Shown here: positions 48,351-57,721 of the stretch, one piece after another
Position numbering within the stretch: the stretch's first letter is position 1
How the letters are laid out: each line of letters starts with the position of its first letter
Source: an uncultured bacterium
Lineage (GTDB): Bacteria > Krumholzibacteriota > Krumholzibacteriia > Krumholzibacteriales > CAZTHK01
Assembly (NCBI GenBank): GCA_964613215.1
Contig: CAZTHK010000005.1
Coordinates: forward strand, 7,958 to 71,957
Direction: 5' to 3'
DNA: 64,000 nucleotides
The notes under the pieces: model-generated
Seen by the model: the letters and a program-made list of their open reading frames with translations, nothing else
Told to the model about the DNA's origin: nothing
Database searches by the model: none
Made by a program: the position numbers and the translations under genes

Positions 48351-49259
48351 ATGGGCAATTTCAGCAAACTGATAATATATCTGATGTTCCCGGCCGTTGT
48401 TTTAACCGGTGTATCAGGAGAAGTTGGACATACTGGTGAAGAGGAGATGCGGTACCGCCGGATTGTTTCCCTTTCACCCAGTGTCACTGAAACCATGTTT
48501 AAACTTGGACTGGGGGAGAGGGTGGTGGGGGTTACCAGATTCTGTAAATATCCGCCCGGTGTAGAGGATATTGTAGAGGTGGGTGGATATCTGGATCCTA
48601 ATTATGAGGCTATAGCTTCCCTCCGGCCGGATATGGTATTTGTTCTGCCCGAACAGGAGAAGGTGGGATCTTACCTGGACAGAATGGATATCAGTTATGT
48701 CACCGTGGATAACAAAAAGATCGAAGATATTCTCAGCACAGTTAAAATTATCGGAGAAACATGCGGAGCGGGGGAACGGGGGAGGAAGTTAGTAAAACGG
48801 TTAAAGCAGGAGATGGAAGAGGTAAGAAACAGAACCAGGGGTCTTCCTTCACCCCGGGTATTGATTTCGGTAGGCAGAAGTGGGGGGGAGGGGGAGTTAA
48901 ACGGAATTTATGCTGCCGGAAAAGGAACCTACTATGACCAGCTCCTTGAATACGCCGGTGGAATTAACGCCTGCCGTACCAGCAGGGTATCGTATCCGGT
49001 AATCACTCTGGAAGGAATACTGGATTTGAAGCCGGATATCATTATAGATATTGTATACAGCATGAAGAAGGATGGCCTGGATAGCAGCGACTTTCTGAAA
49101 GACTGGCAGTCCCTGATATCTTTCGGTGTTATACAGGATGATGATATATATATACTGGATCAAGACTACTGGGTGATTCCCGGTCCCAGGTTTGTGAAGT
49201 TGCTCTATCATCTGGCTGGTATTCTGCACCCCCGGGTGAAATTGGAGATAGACCGGTGA
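48351..49259 (+). CDS. Cobalamin/Fe-siderophore ABC transporter substrate-binding protein (BtuF-like)
   Basis: RIVSLSPSVTE, PNYEAIASLRPD, PGPRF. Confidence 0.88.
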   Translation: MGNFSKLIIYLMFPAVVLTGVSGEVGHTGEEEMRYRRIVSLSPSVTETMFKLGLGERVVGVTRFCKYPPGVEDIVEVGGYLDPNYEAIASLRPDMVFVLPEQEKVGSYLDRMDISYVTVDNKKIEDILSTVKIIGETCGAGERGRKLVKRLKQEMEEVRNRTRGLPSPRVLISVGRSGGEGELNGIYAAGKGTYYDQLLEYAGGINACRTSRVSYPVITLEGILDLKPDIIIDIVYSMKKDGLDSSDFLKDWQSLISFGVIQDDDIYILDQDYWVIPGPRFVKLLYHLAGILHPRVKLEIDR

Positions 49260-50044
49260 ATAACGCAATAGAAGTAGAAAATCTGAGTTTCCGGATAGAT
49301 CAGAAGTTTATCCTCGACTCCGTATCCATGAATGTGGAAGAGGGCCAGTATGTATCCCTGATTGGACCCAACGGGGCCGGTAAGACCACACTGCTTGGAT
49401 GTGTTATGGGGATAATTAAACCCTCAGGTGGTATTATCAGGGTGGAGGGAGATGATATACGCGATATCTCCCAGAGAGATCTGGCCTCCAGGATAAGTTA
49501 TGTACCACAGAATGAGGGAAGGTTTATCCCTTTCCGGGTGAGGGATTTTGTGATGATGGGAAGATATCCCCATCTCAGTCCATTCACGTCGGTGAGTGAA
49601 CGGGACAGGGCGATAGTACAGGAGGCACTTGAAATGACCGGTACGGCAAAGCTGGGGGATAGATACATAAATACCCTCAGCGGAGGAGAGACTCAGCTGG
49701 TATTCATTGCAGCTGCTATTTCCCAGGGGTCCCGCATACTTTTGCTGGATGAAGTGACAACCTTTCTGGACCCCGGTCATAAGAGCACTGTGCTGAATAT
49801 CCTGCGCCGGATCAACCGGAAGTTGGGCATCGCCATTGTTTCGGTAACCCATGATATAAACCATGCCCTGCTTTACAGTGAAATGGCAGTAGTGTTGAGG
49901 GGGGGAGGAGTAATGTTCCGGGGGAAGTCGGAGCTGCTGGCGGACAACAGAATACTTAAAAAGGCCTATGACCATGAGTTTGAATTCATGAAACACCCCT
50001 CCATGGATAAGGTTATAGTTGCTCCGGATGCAGGTGAAAGATGA
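49256..50044 (+). CDS. Cobalamin/Fe-complex ABC transporter ATP-binding protein
   Basis: GPNGAGKT, LSGGE, LLLDE, THDIN. Confidence 0.92.
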   Translation: MNNAIEVENLSFRIDQKFILDSVSMNVEEGQYVSLIGPNGAGKTTLLGCVMGIIKPSGGIIRVEGDDIRDISQRDLASRISYVPQNEGRFIPFRVRDFVMMGRYPHLSPFTSVSERDRAIVQEALEMTGTAKLGDRYINTLSGGETQLVFIAAAISQGSRILLLDEVTTFLDPGHKSTVLNILRRINRKLGIAIVSVTHDINHALLYSEMAVVLRGGGVMFRGKSELLADNRILKKAYDHEFEFMKHPSMDKVIVAPDAGER

Positions 50045-51054
50045 ATACTTCAGAGAAGAGGGTATTTCTGTACATCATTCTATTTTTTGTAGCGGTGATG
50101 ATTGTTTCACCTTATCTCGGCATCCAGAAAATATCTCCATGGGATGTAACAGGGGGGGGAGAAGATGATATAAAAAGTGAAATATTCTGGAGATTACGGG
50201 TGCCCAGGGTGCTGGCGGCATTTGCCGCCGGAGCTGCCCTGGCGCTAAGCGGAATGGTGTTTCAGGCTATGTTCAGAAATCCGCTGGCCACCCCTTTCAC
50301 TCTGGGAGTTTCCGCCGGGGCTGCTTTCGGGGCTGCCCTTTATATGAAACTGGGGATGGCTTTCTCCGTATTGTCTGTTCAAGGTGAATCTATCAGTGCA
50401 TTCCTGGGGGCAATTCTCTCTGTGCTTCTGGTTTATGGACTGACCCGCCTGAGAAGAGGTTTTTCCACCGCGGTTCTGCTTATAGCTGGAGTAGCTGTCA
50501 ATTTTTTCTTCTCCAGCCTGATTCTATTCATTCAGTATCTCAGCGATTTCGCCGGTTCCTACCGGGTGATAAGATGGTTGATGGGAGGATTCGAGATAGT
50601 GGGTTACCGGTCGGTGTTTACCCTGCTGTTATTTCTGGGTATGGGTATGGTGGTGATACTTTTCCTGATCAGGGAACTCAACCTGCTAATGGTGGGAGAG
50701 GATATAGCAGCCAGCCGGGGAGTGGAGGTAAAATGGGTTAAACTGTCTCTGTTTATAGCCGCTTCTGTTATGATTGGGGGAGTAGTGGCGGTATGCGGAC
50801 CTATTGGGTTTGTTGGTATGATGGTTCCACATATCTGCCGGTTGCTGATAGGCTCGGATCATAAGTATCTGGCTCCTGTTTCGATTCTGGCCGGGGGTTC
50901 TTTCCTGGTACTTTGTGATGCATTCTCACGCCTGATAATAGCACCCGCAGAGATCCCGGTTGGTATAATAACTGCGCTTCTGGGGGGACCATTCTTCATC
51001 TGGCTGCTGATAGGAAGATCCGGGAAGAGATGGATTTTCGACAGACAGTGGTAG
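50041..51054 (+). CDS. FecCD/BtuC family ABC permease
   Basis: RVPRV, FRNPLATPFTLGVSAGA, GPIGFVG..VPH, EIPVGIITALLGGPFF. Confidence 0.94.
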   Translation: MNTSEKRVFLYIILFFVAVMIVSPYLGIQKISPWDVTGGGEDDIKSEIFWRLRVPRVLAAFAAGAALALSGMVFQAMFRNPLATPFTLGVSAGAAFGAALYMKLGMAFSVLSVQGESISAFLGAILSVLLVYGLTRLRRGFSTAVLLIAGVAVNFFFSSLILFIQYLSDFAGSYRVIRWLMGGFEIVGYRSVFTLLLFLGMGMVVILFLIRELNLLMVGEDIAASRGVEVKWVKLSLFIAASVMIGGVVAVCGPIGFVGMMVPHICRLLIGSDHKYLAPVSILAGGSFLVLCDAFSRLIIAPAEIPVGIITALLGGPFFIWLLIGRSGKRWIFDRQW

Positions 51055-51166
51055 AATTAAATTGATCAAATTGCCGGCCGGCTGATAGTGGAATATTCTT
51101 CCTGACTCTTTAATAATTACAAAAAGTGGATATATTCCAGGAGAATAAAGAAGGTAATGATTACAG

Positions 51167-51254
51167 TGGTGCCGGAGGCGGGAGTCGAACCCGCATGGAG
51201 CAAAGCTCCGGGGGATTTTGAGTCCCCTGCGTCTACCAGTTTCACCACTCCGGC
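51167..51254 (-). tRNA. tRNA-Leu (CAA)
   Basis: GCCGGAG/CTCCGGC acceptor stem, GGGGA-CT-CAA-AA-TCCCC anticodon arm, long variable arm, encoded CCA. Confidence 0.97.
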
Positions 51255-51262
51255 ACGGAGTT

Positions 51263-51292
51263 AAAGTATTTGTTATTTATCGACAGTGTCAA
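51263..51292 (-). promoter_or_regulatory. Sigma70-type promoter of tRNA-Leu
   Basis: Minus strand TTGACA-18 nt-TACTTT just upstream of the tRNA. Confidence 0.5.
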
Positions 51293-51966
51293 GGTATATC
51301 TCGGTGGGAGGGGGTGGAAGCCGTATTATAAGTCTTCTTGGCTCTGCAGGGACCCAGAATGGCGGAGAGAAGAATGGCATTCTGCAGGTTGGATCTGTTT
51401 TTCAGAAAGCTCTCCATATACCTGCGCTTTTCAGCAGAAGCCATCTCCCTGCGTTGGGATAGAGATATAATCTCATCCCTCTGCCCGGTTATCTCCATGC
51501 GGGAAATAGGGCTGCCGGAAACCATCTCTTCAGCTTTTTCCAGCCGCTTGCGTTCATCCCCGCTGATACCTCTGGACTCCTCAAAACGGTCTTCGCTCCA
51601 TCCTGTTTCCTCCCGGCGAGGATCGATGTTGGAGCGGCCTGATGTTTCCCCGGCTATTCCTTCTGTACTCCCTTTACTCTCGAAGCGGTCTTCATCCCAT
51701 CCACCGGTTTCACCGGCATACTCACGGCTGCTCCGCTGAGGCGGGGCAGATTTTCCCCTTGAGGTGGAATATGGCTGGTAGGGGGGTTCTTCATCCTCAC
51801 CTGCGAAGTCCAGCTGCCCCAGGCGCTTTTCCATCTCTCCAAAGAAGTCTTCCCCATTCTTCTTTTTTTCTTCCTTTTTGTCCCCGGAAGAGAGGGAGCC
51901 GGCAACCCGCCTTATTATGTTGATCAGTATAAACCCTATTATCAGGACGATGATTCCGTCATTCAT
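51289..51966 (-). CDS. Membrane-anchored low-complexity protein (YqfB-like position in floA operon)
   Basis: N-terminal TM helix, charged linker, C-terminal LQNAILLSAILGPCRA. Confidence 0.7.
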   Translation of the reverse strand: MNDGIIVLIIGFILINIIRRVAGSLSSGDKKEEKKKNGEDFFGEMEKRLGQLDFAGEDEEPPYQPYSTSRGKSAPPQRSSREYAGETGGWDEDRFESKGSTEGIAGETSGRSNIDPRREETGWSEDRFEESRGISGDERKRLEKAEEMVSGSPISRMEITGQRDEIISLSQRREMASAEKRRYMESFLKNRSNLQNAILLSAILGPCRAKKTYNTASTPSHRDIP

Positions 51967-51969
51967 TTC

Positions 51970-52965
51970 TTATTCCTCTTCGCCCTTACCACTTTCCCCG
52001 GATGGTCTGGCTATGGAACTTCTCATGCTGGTGTCCGCCTGGATGTTCTTGAGGTTGTAATAGTCCATTATACCGAGGTTCCCGCTTCTGAATGCTTCGG
52101 CGATGGAACGGGGAATTTCCGCTTCCGCTTCCACCACCTTGGCACGGTGTTCCTGAGTAAGTGCTTTCATCTCCTGTTCCCTGGCTACAGCCAGAGCCCT
52201 GCGTTCCTCCGCCTTGGCCTGGGCAATTCTCTTGTCCGCCTCCGCCTGATCGGTCTGCAGTTTAGCTCCGATATTATCTCCCACATCCACATCGGCAATA
52301 TCTATGGAGAGGATTTCAAAGGCGGTTCCTGAATCCAGCCCCTTCTCCAGTATGTTTCTGGAGATATTATCCGGATTTTCCAGAACCTCTTTGTGAGTAG
52401 TGGTGGACCCTATAGTGGTAACTATTCCCTCACCAACCCGGGCAATTATGGTCTCTTCTCCGGCGCCCCCCACCAGCCTGTCAATATTGGCTCTCACCGT
52501 AACCCTGCTGGTGGCCTTAACCTGAATTCCGTCCATGGATACTGCAGCAATCATGGGGGTATTTATCACCTTGGGATTAACACTTACCTTGACCGCTTCC
52601 AGCACATCACGCCCGGCCAGGTCAATGGCTGTAGCTCTCTCGAAGGAGAGATCAATATTGGCTTTATCCGCAGAGATGAGCGAATTCACCACACTGGTAA
52701 CATCACCTCCCGCCAGGAAATGTGCTTCCATCTTGTCGGTGTTCATCTTTAATCCCGCTTTAGTGGCAGCGATGATGGGACGAATTATCTTCTGGGGAGG
52801 CACCTTCCTGAGCCGCATACCCACCAGATCCCTGAATATTTTCAATTTTACTCCGGAGAAATATGCAGTTATGTAAAGCCCCAGAGGGATAAAGTAGAAG
52901 AACAGAATTAACAGTATTATTATCCCGATTACCATCAAGAAGAGACCTATTCCTGATATACTCAT
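51970..52965 (-). CDS. floA: Flotillin-like protein FloA (UPF0365)
   Basis: [58 protein letters not shown]. Confidence 0.96.
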   Translation of the reverse strand: MSISGIGLFLMVIGIIILLILFFYFIPLGLYITAYFSGVKLKIFRDLVGMRLRKVPPQKIIRPIIAATKAGLKMNTDKMEAHFLAGGDVTSVVNSLISADKANIDLSFERATAIDLAGRDVLEAVKVSVNPKVINTPMIAAVSMDGIQVKATSRVTVRANIDRLVGGAGEETIIARVGEGIVTTIGSTTTHKEVLENPDNISRNILEKGLDSGTAFEILSIDIADVDVGDNIGAKLQTDQAEADKRIAQAKAEERRALAVAREQEMKALTQEHRAKVVEAEAEIPRSIAEAFRSGNLGIMDYYNLKNIQADTSMRSSIARPSGESGKGEEE

Positions 52966-52998
52966 TTTTCTCCATCCTTTGATTCAGGGTTAAAGTTT

Positions 52999-54333
52999 CT
53001 AAGCCAGATCCACAACGATTCTGTATCCCTCCACTCGAATAACCTTTATCCTTGAGTTCTTCTGAATATAACCGCCCTCCGTTACCACTGAATACTTGGA
53101 GCCGTCTATCAGGGCGGTGCCCGAAGGACGAAGCATGGTAACTGAGACCCCTTCCTTACCCAGCAGTGATTCATAGGTATCCGGAGATGAGCGGTAACCC
53201 TCTGCACCGCTCTCCGAAGTATTGAGTATCAGATGCTGGAAAGGAGTAAAACGGGGAAGTTTTCTGATCAACACCATAATTACGGCAAAGGAAACGATAA
53301 ATGATATGGCCAGGATTTTAATAGCGGATACAAAATCACTGACCACAGTAAACCGGCCGATAAGACTCAGAAAGAGGCTGGCCACTATACAGATTATTCC
53401 CATAATTCCCACCACTCCGAATCCCGGGATAACAAAGAATTCCACCAGCAGCAGTCCGAGCCCTACGATAAACAGGAGTATTTCCCACCACCCGGCTATA
53501 TTCACAATATACTGGCTTCCGAAGAAGAGTATCAATGCAATAAGGGCTATTGCCCCCGGCAGACCCAGCCCGGGAGTCTTGAATTCCAGGAATATTCCCA
53601 GAATGGCTATGGTAATCAGTATGCTGCTGACCATAGAGGTGGTAAGGAACCCGGCCAGTTTCTCTGAAGCATTCATCTCGGCCACGCTGGTGACAGCAGA
53701 AGAAAGGCCCTGGTCGGTCAGGAGTTCCTGGAGGTCCTTCACAGTCTTATCGGCTATCCCGAGTTCCAGTGCTTTGGAGGTGGTAAGGGTAAGTAACTTG
53801 CCCTCATCGATTACTCCTTCTATCTCGATAGAGGGATCCGCAAAAGCTTCCGCCACATCGCCCCTCCGGTTGTTTTTCTCCGCGGTGGAACGGAGTTCCG
53901 TCCGCCAGTAGGAGATAACCTTTTCACTGACCTCGCCCTTGCTCATCCCCATACCCATGGAGACAGGTTTGGCTGCTCCTATGGTCGAGTTAGGGTGCAT
54001 ATAGATGCGGTCGGCGGCAAGAGATATAAGTGCCCCCGCCGATATGGCCCTCTTGTCGATGAATGCGGCGGTTGGTATATTCGAATTCAGTATTGCATCA
54101 CGAATGGCAACGGCAGCATCCAATCTTCCGCCAAAGGTGTTAATACGGTATATGATCAGATCATAACCCTCTTCGGCCGCCTGGCCGGTAGCCCTCTGGA
54201 TGAATGGAGCCAGCCCAAGCTGAATCTCGCCCTTCACCGGGATAACCAGCACTCCGGCACCGCTCAAACCCTGATCCCCTGCAGCGGTGACGGCGAAGAA
54301 TAATATTATCCATAAAATAATTAATCTTTTCAT
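52999..54333 (-). CDS. nfeD: Long-form NfeD membrane-bound serine protease (YqeZ-like)
   Basis: INTFGGRLDAA, AISAGALI (Ser), GKLLTLT (Lys), TM bundle, C-terminal LRPSG OB domain. Confidence 0.92.
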   Translation of the reverse strand: MKRLIILWIILFFAVTAAGDQGLSGAGVLVIPVKGEIQLGLAPFIQRATGQAAEEGYDLIIYRINTFGGRLDAAVAIRDAILNSNIPTAAFIDKRAISAGALISLAADRIYMHPNSTIGAAKPVSMGMGMSKGEVSEKVISYWRTELRSTAEKNNRRGDVAEAFADPSIEIEGVIDEGKLLTLTTSKALELGIADKTVKDLQELLTDQGLSSAVTSVAEMNASEKLAGFLTTSMVSSILITIAILGIFLEFKTPGLGLPGAIALIALILFFGSQYIVNIAGWWEILLFIVGLGLLLVEFFVIPGFGVVGIMGIICIVASLFLSLIGRFTVVSDFVSAIKILAISFIVSFAVIMVLIRKLPRFTPFQHLILNTSESGAEGYRSSPDTYESLLGKEGVSVTMLRPSGTALIDGSKYSVVTEGGYIQKNSRIKVIRVEGYRIVVDLA

Positions 54334-54452
54334 AATCTGACCCTGTAGGGAAATCTATTTCTTTTTGCCGATTTAGTCAATAGTATTCTATTCAACTGCA
54401 GTAATATGAATAATAATCATTTAATTATAAGGAGCAACATCCGAAAATTAAC

Positions 54453-54480
54453 TTGACGAGGGTTTAGATATTGATAATAT
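54453..54480 (+). promoter_or_regulatory. Sigma70-type promoter of tRNA-Ala
   Basis: TTGACG-16 nt-TAATAT about 20 nt before the tRNA. Confidence 0.55.
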
Positions 54481-54499
54481 CAGTAAGGAAAGAAAGGTT

Positions 54500-54575
54500 G
54501 GGGTTGTAGCTCAGCTGGGAGAGCGCTTGTCTGGCAGACAAGAGGTCACGGGTTCGATCCCCGTCAACTCCACCA
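54500..54575 (+). tRNA. tRNA-Ala (GGC)
   Basis: GGGGTTG/CAACTCC acceptor stem with G3-U70, CTTGT-CT-GGC-AG-ACAAG anticodon arm, encoded CCA. Confidence 0.97.
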
Positions 54576-54661
54576 TTTTTTTTATTGTCATTAAATTTAT
54601 ATGGAGTAGAATTAGCGGGTGACTGAGATGGATACAGAATTGATAAGGGGAGTGATCAACC

Positions 54662-56059
54662 GTGAATAAAGAAAGGTTTCCGTCAGTACTGTATATATTT
54701 GAGGATGCTCGCTTCCCCAACTTTTTTCCCCTCTCCCTCTACAAACCGGTATATGATCTCAGAATCGGGATGGAAAACCTGGGCAGCAGGTTAATATATG
54801 ATCTGGATCCGGACAGGGTGGTTTATCTTTGCCGTCCCTATCTGGCCAATACTCTCTCCGAAGACCGGGAACAGCAGAAGGTGGAAAAGCCCTTTCAGGT
54901 AAACCGGGCCGAAGATTCCGAAGCACTATTCCTGAATGGCCGTTTGCTGACCCTCCAGGATGAACTTGGTGAAATGCTTCAGAAACTGGAGAAGAACACC
55001 CTGTTTCATAAAAACGGCAGGACAGTGGCGGCATGGCTGGATAAGGACAAAGTTGCACCATTAGTGGAATATATCATGGAGCCTCTGTCGGATGAAAATA
55101 TTACCCGGATTCTACAGATGATCGGAGGGAAAATCGGCGGGCCTGATTCCGGAAAAGGAAAGGTTGAGAATGAAGATGATGGAAAGATAAATGGTATAGT
55201 GGAGTGGGGAGGGAAAAATGGAATTAACATCAGAGAAACAGGTATTACCCTGCTTTCGCATGTGTGGCAGTTGATTGGCAACAATGCCAGATGTATAAAG
55301 GATGACTACCAGAAGAATCCGCTGAGAGGAACCGCTCCCGAAAGTGAATTGTTCAAGGGTGTTAATATGATAAACGAGGAAGACATTGTTATTGGATCCG
55401 AGGTGGAGGTCAGGTCGGGGACCGTTCTGGACGCATCGGATGGCCCGGTGATAATAGACAGCAGTGTTATAATCGAACCCAATGCCATAATATTCGGTCC
55501 CTGTTTTATAGGTAAAAATTCAGTAATCAGGGGCGGGGCAAAAATTGGCCAGGGTACCACCATAGGTGATTATTGCAAGATAGGGGGTGAGGTGGAGGAG
55601 ACCATAATATCCTCCTACACCAATAAGCAGCACGAAGGTTTCCTGGGCCATTCATATATCGGATCGTGGATTAATATGGGGGCCGGTTGCTGTAACAGCG
55701 ATCTCAAGAATAACTATGATCATATAGAGGCCTGGAGTGCCGGTAAGATAAGAAAAACGGGCAGGAGGTTTCTGGGTGCGGTAATCGGGGATCACTCCAA
55801 GGTTGCTATAAATACAAGGATTAATACCGGGACGGTTATAGGATTCTGTTCCAATGTGATCCCGCTGGGTTTCACTCCCAAATTCATACCCAGTTTCACC
55901 TGGAATATGGAGCCTGAGTTCGATGAGTATCAGCTGGACAAGGCGATATCTACAGCAGAGATAATGATGGACAGAAGGGGAATAGAATTATCACCCGCCT
56001 TTGAAGACCTGTTCACTTACATCTATAAATCCTGCAGGCAGAGTGGTCATAAAATATAA
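54662..56059 (+). CDS. GlmU-like putative sugar nucleotidyltransferase/acyltransferase (hexapeptide repeats)
   Basis: PLSLYKPVYDLRIG, DASDGPVII, KIGGEV, NKQHEGFLGHSYIG, NSDLKNNY. Confidence 0.88.
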   Translation: MNKERFPSVLYIFEDARFPNFFPLSLYKPVYDLRIGMENLGSRLIYDLDPDRVVYLCRPYLANTLSEDREQQKVEKPFQVNRAEDSEALFLNGRLLTLQDELGEMLQKLEKNTLFHKNGRTVAAWLDKDKVAPLVEYIMEPLSDENITRILQMIGGKIGGPDSGKGKVENEDDGKINGIVEWGGKNGINIRETGITLLSHVWQLIGNNARCIKDDYQKNPLRGTAPESELFKGVNMINEEDIVIGSEVEVRSGTVLDASDGPVIIDSSVIIEPNAIIFGPCFIGKNSVIRGGAKIGQGTTIGDYCKIGGEVEETIISSYTNKQHEGFLGHSYIGSWINMGAGCCNSDLKNNYDHIEAWSAGKIRKTGRRFLGAVIGDHSKVAINTRINTGTVIGFCSNVIPLGFTPKFIPSFTWNMEPEFDEYQLDKAISTAEIMMDRRGIELSPAFEDLFTYIYKSCRQSGHKI

Positions 56060-56071
56060 AAAGAAAGATAA

Positions 56072-56872
56072 ATGTCTCGAACTATCCTGATAGGGGAAAA
56101 GATAAACAGCAGTAATAACAGGATAAAAAGCATCCTGTCCAAGCGGGAAAAGCAGCCTCTTATGGAGATAGTGAGAAAACAGGAGGCGGGTAAAGCCTCC
56201 TTTGTGGATGTGAATGCCTCCATGATGATGAAGGAGGAGTGGGAAGCTCTGGAATGGGCTGTGGAGCTGATACTGGAGAATTCCCGTCTGGGAGTTTCGG
56301 TGGACAGTTCGGACAGCGGGATTCTTTTCAGAGCGGCTGAAAAGTATGGGGAAAGAATTCTGATCAACTCACTCTCCAGTGACAGCAAGTTGATCAGCCA
56401 GGCACTTCGGGTTTTGGGAGAGTCCGGTGCCAGTGCCATTATAATGCTGAAATCACGGGAGAAGATGCCAGCCGGGGTGGAAGAGAGGCTGGAACTTGCT
56501 GATATGGCCAGGGGGTTAATAGATGGTTCTTCCGTATCTTCTGACAGGATCTTCCTTGATCCTGTATTTACACCGGCAGCTCTATCAGCAGGGGGGATGT
56601 GGGGCATACTGGATACTGTGTCCCGGCTGAAAGAGGATCATCCCCGGTACAGGGTGGTGGGTGGACTGTCTAATATTTCCTACGGGATGCCTTCCAGAAG
56701 ATTGATCAACAGAACATTCCTGGGCATGTTGTTATCAAGGGGAATGGATGCCATTATTGCTGATGTAACAGATGCTGGACTGCTGGAAGCCCTCATCACA
56801 GCTGAATTCCTGCTTGGCTATGATGAAGGCGGCAGGGGGTTTTTGCAATACTACAGGTCCAGGAGATCCTGA
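56072..56872 (+). CDS. Pterin-binding methyltetrahydrofolate:corrinoid methyltransferase-like protein (AcsE / MetH folate domain)
   Basis: IGEKINSS, VDVN, SVDS, LINS, FLDP, GLSNISYGMP.R..IN..FL. Confidence 0.85.
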   Translation: MSRTILIGEKINSSNNRIKSILSKREKQPLMEIVRKQEAGKASFVDVNASMMMKEEWEALEWAVELILENSRLGVSVDSSDSGILFRAAEKYGERILINSLSSDSKLISQALRVLGESGASAIIMLKSREKMPAGVEERLELADMARGLIDGSSVSSDRIFLDPVFTPAALSAGGMWGILDTVSRLKEDHPRYRVVGGLSNISYGMPSRRLINRTFLGMLLSRGMDAIIADVTDAGLLEALITAEFLLGYDEGGRGFLQYYRSRRS

Positions 56873-56945
56873 GCGGACAGCCACTCATCCTTGTAAGTGA
56901 CTACCATACAATTAGATAAAGAGCATTAATAATATGCCACACCGG

Positions 56946-56960
56946 TGGCATAATTATTGA
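56946..56960 (+). promoter_or_regulatory. Possible sigma54 -24/-12 element within an inverted repeat
   Basis: TGGCAT-AATTA-TTGA (GA instead of GC at -12); overlaps ATGCCAC-ACCG-GTGGCAT (56934-56951). Confidence 0.4.
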
Positions 56961-56985
56961 ATGTATATTTATTCGCACGCGGAAT

Positions 56986-57086
56986 GTTCCCTGTTGGTTC
57001 GTGGCTTGTCATTTGCGTGGTTCTCATCCTCACGTGAAGAAGCACACGCGGTGATACACGTTCCATACGGGGAACTTTTATTTTAT
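56986..57086 (+). ncRNA. Candidate structured non-coding RNA (90-nt irregular hairpin + U tract)
   Basis: Nested pairings GTTCCCTGT/ACGGGGAAC, TGG/CCA, CGTG/CACG, TGTCA/TGATA, TTGCGTG/CACGCGG, TTCT/AGAA; wobbles are G-U on the + strand; followed by TTTTATTTTAT. Confidence 0.6.
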
Positions 57087-57339
57087 CCTACCATTAATTT
57101 CTCTCTGGTTCAAGATATATTAATTGCATTTGAAATTCCCCCTGCAGATTCAGTGTTATATGATGATTCCGTGCTGCCTGAAAGCAATTGACAAGAAAGT
57201 GGTATTTTAGTGAACATTTACTTTGACAACCAGAACCCGGTGTGATAAAAGTTATTATAATATCGCAGCTCAAAATGAATAGAGGAAGTGATGAGCAATT
57301 GTTAGCAGAGTGTTCCAATTAAAAGAGAGGTGTTAGGAA

Positions 57340-57615
57340 ATGACAAAATCGGACATCGTTGAAACTATCTCGGAAGAGACCGGGATGAGTAAAAAAGATT
57401 CAAATGTAGTGGTTAACATGATCATTGAAAATATATCAAATGCCCTGGAACGGGGGCAGAAGGTTGAATTAAGGGGATTCGGAAGTTTCAAGGTCAAGGA
57501 CAGAAAGGCAAGGAAGGCAAGGAATCCCAGGACCGGCGAATCTGTGGATGTTCCGGCAAAACTGGTACCTTACTTTAAGCCTTCCAGGGAGTTGAAATCT
57601 AAGGTGGATGTCTGA
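57340..57615 (+). CDS. HU / IHF family DNA-binding protein
   Basis: MTKSDIV, VELRGFGSF, ARNPRTGE, PYFKPS. Confidence 0.96.
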   Translation: MTKSDIVETISEETGMSKKDSNVVVNMIIENISNALERGQKVELRGFGSFKVKDRKARKARNPRTGESVDVPAKLVPYFKPSRELKSKVDV

Positions 57616-57721
57616 TAGTTCCTTCTTTCCGGGGATTATTTGCAAAATCTGTTTGATATTTGCAGCCTTATATCTTATGTATACCTAAAAGACATTAATT
57701 AAGGAGGGGGGGAGGAATATT

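Noticed and set aside
56986-57075. Assignment of the hairpin as SRP RNA or canonical 6S RNA
   Set aside because: Lacks the SRP helix-8 motif; too short and without the central bubble of 6S.
56866-57180. Minus-strand CsrB/RsmY-like sRNA (includes TACAAGGATG, close to the CsrA consensus)
   Set aside because: GGA count is near random expectation and wobble pairs favour a + strand structure; kept only as a weak alternative.
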